Source: Polyangiaceae bacterium
GTDB lineage: Bacteria > Myxococcota_A > Polyangia > Polyangiales > Polyangiaceae
Length of the DNA stretch: 64,000 bases
Assembly (NCBI GenBank): GCA_035063585.1
Contig: JAPSGB010000020.1
Span: 1-64,000 of the forward strand
Direction of reading: 5' to 3'
The notes beneath the pieces are model-generated. The model did no database searches, was not told the origin of the DNA, and was given only the letters and a program-made list of their open reading frames with translations. Of the stretch, positions 1-9,164 are shown piece by piece (the first letter of the stretch is position 1; every line of letters begins with the position of its first letter). A program made the position numbers and the translations under genes.

Positions 1-320
1 CCGCGCGACGCGAACGCATCGAGCACCGCGACGTGATCACGCGCGGACCGACTCAACGCGCGTAACCCCACAGATTTACATATGACGACCTCGCGCTTCG
101 CCGGGCGGCGCGCCTGTAGCCGCGGCGAAGAGCGCTTGTAGCCGCGGCGTCGATAGCGAAAACCGGTCACGAAACGGCCGCCGCTCGAAGCGGCTCGGAG
201 GTCGTGACCGCGACGTGAAGGGCGGCGTGGAATTTGGTTCGCAGGGGGCCTTGGCCCCCCGCAGCTTGCTTCGCAACTGCTCCCCCCGTCGCGCGAACGT
301 GCGGCAACAGAGACGTGACG

Positions 321-428
321 CGCCGAACCGCGCTTCCGCCCCGCGCCGAACCGCGCTTCCGCCCCGCGCCGCCCCGCGCCGCCCCGCGCCGCCACCCCGC
401 GCCGCCCCGCGCCGCCACCCCGCGCCGT
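321..428. repeat. Intergenic tandem repeat: 2 x 23-mer, then 10-mer GCCCCGCGCC and 13-mer variants
   Basis: CGCCGAACCGCGCTTCCGCCCCG at 321-343 and 344-366; GCCCCGCGCC x3 at 361-390; GCCACCCCGCGCC variants after that. Confidence 0.85.
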
Positions 429-459
429 CGGCCGCGCCGCCGGCCGCGCCGGAACGACC
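429..459 (-). repeat. REP-like intergenic element, subtype B
   Basis: Reverse complement GGTCGTTCCGGCGCGGCCGGCGGCGCGGCCG; 27/31 identical to 1279-1309; 429-458 matches 5209-5238 at 27/30. Confidence 0.65.
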
Positions 460-504
460 ACCCCCCCTCCCCGTTCGCGCGAGCTTCGTGCGGCGAGGCT
501 TCGC

Positions 505-960
505 TCAGCTCTGAACGCCCACCGTCTCACCGGCGAGCGCGGCGCCGCCTTCGAGACAGATGAGCCGCACGCGGCCCGTCGCGACCAGCCGCTCTTCGTC
601 GTCGTACACCGAGCCCTCCCACACCTGCGCGCGGCGCCCGCGCTGGAGCGGCGTCGCGCGGACACGCAGACGACCCGCGCGCGTCGCGCGGAGGAACGAG
701 GTGTGATTCTCGAGGCCGACCGTCGTTTGCCCGTTCCTGCCCGCGTAGAGCGCTGCGCCCGTCGAGCAGAGCGTCTCGATGATGCCGGCGTAGACGCCGC
801 CGTGCACGATGCCGTAAGGCTGCCGGTGAAGCTCGTCGATGGTGAGCTCGGCCTCCACCTCGTCGGCGGTGGCGCGCTTGAACACGAGCCTCATCGCGTC
901 GTTCCAGCCGCCGCGGTGCGCGTTCAACATCTCGGAGAAATCAGGGGCCTCGTCGGTCAT
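505..960 (-). CDS. PaaI family hotdog-fold thioesterase
   Basis: HRQPYGIVHGG motif, ENHTSFLR, GRRAQVW strand pattern; 151 aa. Confidence 0.92.
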   Translation of the reverse strand: MTDEAPDFSEMLNAHRGGWNDAMRLVFKRATADEVEAELTIDELHRQPYGIVHGGVYAGIIETLCSTGAALYAGRNGQTTVGLENHTSFLRATRAGRLRVRATPLQRGRRAQVWEGSVYDDEERLVATGRVRLICLEGGAALAGETVGVQS

Positions 961-1278
961 CGTGCGCGAAGCTATAGCGCGGCGCTCACGCGCTCACCAC
1001 CCCGCGCGCGGCCGAAATCCTCCGCGCGCCGCGCCCGCAGGTGCTCGGGCCCCCAGGAGGCCCGCGCGCTGTCCACGCAGATGTCCGCGTCGATCCGGCA
1101 TGGAGCTTCCATCAGGAATATGCGCCGGCCGAGCGTCTCGGCGAGAGCGGCGTCGCGCTCCTCTCGCGCCGCCGGCCCGGCGGCGTCGAGACGCGCCTCG
1201 CCCCGCGCTTCGACGTCGCGAGCGCTCACTGCCCAGCGGGCGCCGACGTCCGCGCCGCCATCATGAAATGACCGGAGA

Positions 1279-1309
1279 GGTCGGCCCGGCGCGGCCGGCG
1301 GCGCGGCTC
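1279..1309 (+). repeat. REP-like intergenic element, subtype B
   Basis: GGTCGGCCCGGCGCGGCCGGCGGCGCGGCTC; inverted copy of 429-459. Confidence 0.65.
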
Positions 1310-1348
1310 GCCGGTCACTCCGCGTCGAACGACGGCGCGGCTCGCCGG

Positions 1349-1374
<26 letters not shown>
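1301..1374. repeat. Perfect 34-bp tandem duplication overlapping the kinase stop codon
   Basis: GCGCGGCTCGCCGGTCACTCCGCGTCGAACGACG at 1301-1334 and 1335-1368, plus a partial GCGCGG. Confidence 0.92.
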
Positions 1375-3337
<1,963 letters not shown>

Positions 3338-3409
3338 GCCGAGTTCTCCGCCCGCGCATCACGAGCACCAGCTTGCGAACCCGTGCCGCGCGCGTCGAGC
3401 CCCACGCGG

Positions 3410-4513
3410 TCATCCGCGCGCACGACCGGGTAGCAGGCGCGCGCCTCCGCTCGGCCCCTCGCTCACGCCACGATGCAGGACGAGCGCCCGACCCGCCTCC
3501 TGGCCCTGCGACCACGCGTCGGAGCGTGCGCTTCCGTAGTGGTGCGTCCAGCGGACGTGCGGGTGTCGCTGCTTGAAGTAGGCGTCGAGCCCGGGATCTC
3601 CCACCCAGACGAGCCCCTCGCCGAGGCTCTTCGAGCCTTCCTTCGCGAGCTTGCCACGAAAGCCGGTCATCACACCGGCGATGAAGGTGCGCCGCTCGGC
3701 GTCCTTGCGGACCCCGTGGCGCCGCTTGTGCTCGCGCCAGAGACGCTCACCCGCGTTCACCATGAAGGAGTAGACGTAAGCGGCGAGCTCGACGTTCTCC
3801 CGCGTCCCGCACACCTCGAGCACGCTGCCGCGCTTGCCCTCGCGCGCGCGCCACACCGACACCCAGATGGTATCGACGAAGAAGTGCTCGTTCAGGATCC
3901 TCGCGAGGATCCGCGCCGGCTCGCCCACGCGCCCGGTCGGCTCGCCGAGGTGGCGGAAGGAGTACCCGCGCTCGCGCGAGCTCGCGACCGCCTCGAGGTT
4001 GTACTTCAGCATCAACCGCTGCGCCGCGCTCATGGCGGCCTCGGCCTCGTGCGCGTTCGAGCTCTCGGCGAGCGCGAGCAGCTTGGCGACCCGCTCGAGC
4101 AGCCGGACCTCGCTGTCCGGCGGGGTCGCGGCGGACTCCGGCACACCCGCCGCGCGCGCGTCGATGCCGCGCTTCCGGCACACCTCGCGAAACGCCGCGC
4201 CGTGCGCGGTCGCGTCCGGCGCGCCGAGCACCTCGTCGGCGAATTGGTGCGCCATCTCGTGCTTTAGCACCTCGAGGACGACGCCCCATCCGTGCTCGGT
4301 GAGGAGCGCGCGCGACAGCTCGATGCTGCGGTGCTCGCGGTGCCAGCGCCCCAGGCGCTGGTCGGCCTCGCCGAGCTCGAAGGTCGGGCGGCGAAGCTTC
4401 CTGCCGAAGCGTTCCCAGTTGAGCTGATCATAGCTCTCACCGATGGCGCGCAGCGCCGCGCGCTCGAGCTCTGCGTCGAGCCGCCCGGTCGCCTCTCTCG
4501 TGGGATCGCTCAC
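3410..4513 (-). CDS. SprT-like metallopeptidase fused to a DUF2786 domain
   Basis: VLKHEMAH (HExxH), HGAAFREVC, then ERVAKLLALAESSNAHEAEAA (DUF2786-like); GTG start at 4513 inferred, ORF open to 4549. Confidence 0.8.
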   Translation of the reverse strand: MSDPTREATGRLDAELERAALRAIGESYDQLNWERFGRKLRRPTFELGEADQRLGRWHREHRSIELSRALLTEHGWGVVLEVLKHEMAHQFADEVLGAPDATAHGAAFREVCRKRGIDARAAGVPESAATPPDSEVRLLERVAKLLALAESSNAHEAEAAMSAAQRLMLKYNLEAVASSRERGYSFRHLGEPTGRVGEPARILARILNEHFFVDTIWVSVWRAREGKRGSVLEVCGTRENVELAAYVYSFMVNAGERLWREHKRRHGVRKDAERRTFIAGVMTGFRGKLAKEGSKSLGEGLVWVGDPGLDAYFKQRHPHVRWTHHYGSARSDAWSQGQEAGRALVLHRGVSEGPSGGARLLPGRARG

Positions 4514-4523
4514 GACGCGCACG

Positions 4524-4943
4524 CTAGCGCGAATGCGCCGCGTCCCCAAGCCGACACCCGACCTTCGCGTGGAATTCGCTCGCCGGCGAGCCGCGGAACG
4601 TGAGGAGCTCGCGCGACTCGCCGGGCGGCACGCTCAGCGACGCGGCGGCCGGCGCGACGTCGGTCGTGACCTCGCAGCGCGCGAGCGTCGCGCAGCCGTT
4701 GGTCACCACGACGTAGTGGTCGTAGCCGTAGTTCGCGTAGCGCACCTCGGCGCGAGCGCTCACGCACGCGGGCGACGCGGTCGCCGACGCGGCGAGCCGA
4801 GCCGGGCGTTCGAGCGCGGTCGCCGTCGGGTTCGGCGCCGGGCTCGTCGAGGCCAGCGGCAGCGCGACGCGCGCCATCGCGGGCGACCCCGTCGACGCGA
4901 ACAGCATCAGCGTCGAGGCGAACGCAGTGAGGACCGTCTCCAC
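4524..4943 (-). CDS. Small secreted Cys-containing hypothetical protein
   Basis: 3' part of ORF 4524..5465; hydrophobic N-terminus from GTG 4943; compact beta-rich domain CVSARAEVRY...NGC...RC...VGC. Confidence 0.65.
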   Translation of the reverse strand: METVLTAFASTLMLFASTGSPAMARVALPLASTSPAPNPTATALERPARLAASATASPACVSARAEVRYANYGYDHYVVVTNGCATLARCEVTTDVAPAAASLSVPPGESRELLTFRGSPASEFHAKVGCRLGDAAHSR

Positions 4944-5070
4944 GCGCTCGAGTATGCGCGCCGGGTGACCGCTTGGCAAAGCCCGTGCGCGTGCGCGCCG
5001 CGGAGCTCCGCCAGCGTTCCCATCCGAACATTTTCGTTGGTCGGCTCGACGTCGCGGCCGGCGTCGCGGC

Positions 5071-5208
5071 GCGCCGCCCTGCGCCGCCCTGCGACGCCCT
5101 GCGACGCCCTGCGACGCCGCCCTGCGACGCCGCCCTGCGACGCCGCCCTGCGACGCCGCCCTGCGACGCCGACCTGCGACGCCGACCTGCGACGCCGCCC
5201 TGCGACAC
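5071..5208. repeat. Intergenic VNTR of 10-mer GCCCTGCG(C/A)C and 13-mer GCCCTGCGACGCC units
   Basis: About four 10-mers then about seven 13-mers (two with a GACCTG variant) between divergent genes. Confidence 0.92.
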
Positions 5209-5239
5209 CGGCCGCGCCGCCGGCCGCGACGGACCGGCA
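5209..5239 (-). repeat. REP-like intergenic element, subtype B
   Basis: Reverse complement TGCCGGTCCGTCGCGGCCGGCGGCGCGGCCG; first 22 nt differ by one base from 17192-17213. Confidence 0.7.
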
Positions 5240-5355
5240 CCCGCTCGCGAGAGGCGCGGCGCGAGCGGCTCGATCCGGGGGCCGGGACGCTCGCTGGCCG
5301 GGTCGCAGCGAAAGCTGCTTGGCTTGCGCGGGCCGGATGGCATGCTTCGCGCCCC

Positions 5356-6777
5356 ATGCCGCCGAAAGACGACTTCGCCTCGCTGATGGAAGCCTCCCTC
5401 GCCACCGCGGGCAGCCGCGTGCGGCGCCGGCTCGAGCCCGGCGAGATCGTCGAGGGCACCGTCATCCAGATCGCTCAAGACAGCGTGTTCATCGACGTCG
5501 GGGCCGCGGCCGACGCGCGCATCGAGCGCGGCGAGCTCACCGACGCGCGCGGCGAGCTGCGCGTCAAGGTCGGAGATCGGGTGCGCGCCACCGTGATCGA
5601 CGCGACCTCGGACGCGCCGCGGCTCGCGCTGTCGATCGGGCGCGGCGGGCAAGCCGACACCGCGATGCTCGAGCTCGCGCGCGAGAGCGGCGCGCCCGTC
5701 GAGGGGCACGTCACCCGCGCGGTGAACGCGGGGCTCGAGATCGAGCTCTCGGGCGCGCGGGCCTTCTGCCCGGCCTCGCAGGTCGAGCTCGGCCGCACCG
5801 CGGACCTCGGCGTCTACGAGGGGCAGACGCTCGAGTTCAAGATCCTCGAAATCCGCGAGGGCGGCCGGAACATCATCGTGTCGCGGCGCGCGCTCCTCGA
5901 GGACGAGCGCCGCGCGCGCCTGGCGGAGGCCGAGGAGCGCCTCACCCCAGGGACGGACCTCGACGGCGTGGTGGTCTCGACGCAGAAGCACGGCGCCATC
6001 GTCGACGTTGGCGGCGTCGAGGGCTTCGTGCACATCTCGGAGCTCTCACACAGCCGAGTCGACCGCGTCGAGGACATCGTGCGGGAGGGCGAGACGGTCG
6101 CGGTCCGCGTGCTCGCCGTCGAGCAGTCGCCGAAGGGGCTCCGCGTGCGGCTCAGCATGAAGGCGCGCGCGCAGCCGGTGCTCGCGCCCGAGCCCGCGCG
6201 CGACGAGATCCTCAAGGGCAAGGTGGTGCGGCTCGCCAATTTCGGCGTGTTCGTCGAGACGCCCAAGGGCGAAGGCCTCATCCCGACGCGCGAGCTCGGC
6301 TTGCCGCCCGGCAGCGACCACCGTCGCGCGTGTCCGGTCGGCACCGAGCTCGACGTGGTGCTGCTCAGCCGCGATCCGGCGAGCGGCAAGCAGCGCTTCA
6401 GCGTGCGCGGCGTCGAGGGCGTCGAGGAGCGGCGCAACTTCCGCGAGTTCTCCGGCGCGTCGGCGAAGAGCGGCGGGCTCGGCAGCTTCGGCGATCTCTT
6501 CCGCAAACGGCTCGGCCTGCCCGCGCCGCCGCCCGTGCGTGAAGCGCCCGCGCCCGCGCCCTCGCGTGAGGCGCCCTCGCGTGAGGCGCCCGCGAGTGAA
6601 GCGCCCGCGAGTGAAGCGCCCGCGAGTGAAGCGCCCGCGAGTGAAGCGCCGCCGCCGCCGCCGCGCGCCGAGCGTCCCGCGACGCCGGCCGCGCCGCCTC
6701 GACCACCCCTCGCGCGAGACGCCACGAGCGAGCGCCGCGGGGATCCGCCGGGGGTCGTGCGCCGCCGCAAGGCGTGA
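5356..6777 (+). CDS. S1 RNA-binding domain protein (ribosomal protein S1 paralog, four S1 repeats) with Pro/Ala-rich tail
   Basis: GEIVEGTV..VFIDVG, AFCPASQV, VEGFVHISELSHSRV, NFGVFVE..EGLI; GSFGDLF; EAPAS/EAPSR repeats. Confidence 0.88.
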   Translation: MPPKDDFASLMEASLATAGSRVRRRLEPGEIVEGTVIQIAQDSVFIDVGAAADARIERGELTDARGELRVKVGDRVRATVIDATSDAPRLALSIGRGGQADTAMLELARESGAPVEGHVTRAVNAGLEIELSGARAFCPASQVELGRTADLGVYEGQTLEFKILEIREGGRNIIVSRRALLEDERRARLAEAEERLTPGTDLDGVVVSTQKHGAIVDVGGVEGFVHISELSHSRVDRVEDIVREGETVAVRVLAVEQSPKGLRVRLSMKARAQPVLAPEPARDEILKGKVVRLANFGVFVETPKGEGLIPTRELGLPPGSDHRRACPVGTELDVVLLSRDPASGKQRFSVRGVEGVEERRNFREFSGASAKSGGLGSFGDLFRKRLGLPAPPPVREAPAPAPSREAPSREAPASEAPASEAPASEAPASEAPPPPPRAERPATPAAPPRPPLARDATSERRGDPPGVVRRRKA

Positions 6778-6843
6778 GCGGCGCCGGCGGCGTTTGTCGA
6801 GCGCGTGTCCGGCTGCTACCCTTCGACGCGAACGGAGGGTTAC

Positions 6844-7710
6844 ATGAAGTTCGCTTCGATGCTCGCGCTGGCGGTGGCCGCCTGCGTCGTGGCCGCCTGC
6901 GGTGACACGAGCGGCGAGACGGCCGGCGGAGCCGCCGCGTCGAGCGGAGGCCACGCGGGGTCCGGCTCGGGCGGCACCGGCGGGGGCGGCGCCGGCTTCG
7001 GAGGCCAGGCCTCGGGCGGCAACGGCTCGGGCGGGTTCGACGTCGGCGACAGCGGGCCGCGCGACGGCGAGAACGGCTATTGCGGGAGCGCGCTCACGGG
7101 AAAGATTCGAGATTTTCAGGACACCCACCCGGACTTCGAGTCCGCGCTCGGCAGCGATCCGGGCATCGTCGAGGCGGCGCTCGGCGCCGATCGCAAGCCC
7201 GTCTACGCGCACGGCGCGAACCCGACCGCGACCGTGCACGGCCGCGACACCTTCGATCAGTGGTATCGCGACGTCAGCGGCGTGAACCAATCGAAGCCGC
7301 TCGTCTTGCAGCTCACCGACATGGGCGGCGGCGTCTTCACCTTTCAAGACGACGATTTCTTCCCCATCGACGGGGAGCTCTTCGGAAACCAAGGGCGCGA
7401 CCACAATTTCCACTTCACCTACGAGCTCCACACGAAGTTCGTGTACCGAGGCGGCGAGGTGTTCACCTTCACCGGGGACGACGATCTCTTCACCTTCATC
7501 AACGGCCGGCTCGCCATCGATCTCGGCGGCGTGCACGGCGCGCAGACGTCGTCGGTGGACCTCGACGCGCGCGCGGGCGAGCTCGGCCTGAGCGTCGGCG
7601 GCACCTATGAGCTCGAGGTGTTCGCGGCGGAGCGACACACGAGCGAGTCGCACTTTCGCATCGACACCACCATCGCGTCCTTCGTGGACTGCGGCGGGAC
7701 CATCTACTGA
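6844..7710 (+). CDS. Fibro-slime (PA14-related) domain lipoprotein
   Basis: Lipobox VAAC, Gly-rich linker, HPDFE, FFPIDG, HNFHFT, FTGDDDL, DLGGVH, FAAERHT; GGAGG before ATG 6844. Confidence 0.9.
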   Translation: MKFASMLALAVAACVVAACGDTSGETAGGAAASSGGHAGSGSGGTGGGGAGFGGQASGGNGSGGFDVGDSGPRDGENGYCGSALTGKIRDFQDTHPDFESALGSDPGIVEAALGADRKPVYAHGANPTATVHGRDTFDQWYRDVSGVNQSKPLVLQLTDMGGGVFTFQDDDFFPIDGELFGNQGRDHNFHFTYELHTKFVYRGGEVFTFTGDDDLFTFINGRLAIDLGGVHGAQTSSVDLDARAGELGLSVGGTYELEVFAAERHTSESHFRIDTTIASFVDCGGTIY

Positions 7711-7717
7711 GTGAGGG

Positions 7718-7740
7718 TGCCGGTCCGGCGCGGAACCGCG
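7718..7740 (+). repeat. REP-like intergenic element, subtype A (consensus copy)
   Basis: TGCCGGTCCGGCGCGGAACCGCG. Confidence 0.75.
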
Positions 7741-8199
7741 ATGAGCGCCGCCCTGCTCCTCGCAGGCGCGACGCTCACCGCGGCGTGCGGCGGGCGGCGC
7801 GGCGCCGAGGTGCTCGGCGGTGACGCCAGCGTCAGCGAGCTCGACGGCGCAGCACCGGATGCGCTCGATGATGGCGCGAGCGTCACCGACGCTCGTGTCA
7901 CGAGCGACGCGGAGGGGGCCGACGGCGCTGGTTCGCACGCGGCGAGCTGCGTCGCCGGCTGCGCCGCGGCGGCGCGCACGGGTTGCCCGGCAGACGAGCT
8001 CTCCGACTGCGTGCTGGACTGCGAGGAACTCGCGAGCGCCTTCCCGAGCTGCGCGGCCGCGCTCGACGACGACGAGGCGTGCCGCGCGGCGGCGCCCGCG
8101 AGCGCGTGGTCGTGCGACGCCGACGGCTTCGCCGCGCTCGCCGCCTGCGACGCCGAGCGCGCGGAGCGCGACGCGTGCATCGCTCGGGCGCGTCGCTGA
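7741..8199 (+). CDS. Cys-rich lipoprotein
   Basis: Lipobox LTAAC; CxxxC helical repeats typical of myxobacterial lipoproteins. Confidence 0.65.
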   Translation: MSAALLLAGATLTAACGGRRGAEVLGGDASVSELDGAAPDALDDGASVTDARVTSDAEGADGAGSHAASCVAGCAAAARTGCPADELSDCVLDCEELASAFPSCAAALDDDEACRAAAPASAWSCDADGFAALAACDAERAERDACIARARR

Positions 8200-8378
8200 G
8201 CGGCTCGCCGCGCGCTCGGCGTCGCAGGCGGTCGAGGCCGCGCTCCCGGAGTCGAGGGCCCGCGCTGACCGGCGCGTAGCGCGCAAGAAGAGCGTCACGG
8301 CCGCTACCACCATCACCACCGAACGAGGCAAGGACGCGGCGGTTGAAGCGCGAGCGCGCTTCGCCTAGGGTGGGTCGG

Positions 8379-9164
8379 ATGCGAACACGCATCCTCGCAC
8401 CACTGCTCGTCATCGGCGGCGCGATAGGCTGTGAGAGCGGCGCAGCCGAGGACGCGAGCCTCCTCGTGCAGGCCGAGCGTCCGTCAGTCGTCCCCGCGCC
8501 GCCGAGGGCCGCGCGACCCGCAGGGCAACCCGTGGCCTTCCCGCGCGACGTGGAGCTCGATCGGCGGCCCGATGGGGCGCGCCTCACGGGCGCGCTCGCG
8601 CCGGTGAGGCCCAACGCCGACGCCGAGCGCGTCGTGGTGCTGAAGACCGGCGGCGCGCTGCCGAGCCTCGACGGAGCGCGGGTGCTCGACGCGCGGTTCG
8701 CTGCCGGAGGCGTCGTCTACGTCGACGCCGACCACGTGCTGCGGTTCCACCATGCGAGCGGCTCCGTCGAGCTCGATCGCGGCGCGTACGGTCCGCTCGC
8801 CGTGGCGGGCAGCGAAATCGCGTACGTTCGGGGCTCGGCGCCGAGGCTCGAGCTCGCGCGCGCCAACGTGACGACTCGAACGGCGCAGCAGCTCACGACC
8901 GCGATGGCGCCCTGCTGGTCACCGGCGCTCACGCCGGATGGGGCGTCCGTCGTGTTCGTATCGGCGGTCGCGGGTTCACCGCGGCTCTATCGCGTCGACC
9001 GCGGCGGCACCCCTCGAGCGCTCGGCGAGCTCGGGCGCATCCCCGACTCACCCGTCGGTCCGCGCTTCGAGCAGGGGCTCTATACCTTCGACGACCAACT
9101 CGGGACGGTCTGGGCGGATCTCGACACCGGACGCATCGTCCGCACGACGCGGAGGCAGCCATGA
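8379..9164 (+). CDS. Lipoprotein with TolB/PD40-like beta-propeller repeat
   Basis: AIGC lipobox; WSPALTPDGASVVFVS...PRLYRV; ATGA overlap with the next gene. Confidence 0.7.
   Translation: MRTRILAPLLVIGGAIGCESGAAEDASLLVQAERPSVVPAPPRAARPAGQPVAFPRDVELDRRPDGARLTGALAPVRPNADAERVVVLKTGGALPSLDGARVLDARFAAGGVVYVDADHVLRFHHASGSVELDRGAYGPLAVAGSEIAYVRGSAPRLELARANVTTRTAQQLTTAMAPCWSPALTPDGASVVFVSAVAGSPRLYRVDRGGTPRALGELGRIPDSPVGPRFEQGLYTFDDQLGTVWADLDTGRIVRTTRRQP

Noticed and set aside
5071..5208. Possible CRISPR array
   Set aside because: Units are contiguous 10/13-mers with no unique spacers and no cas genes; it is a VNTR.
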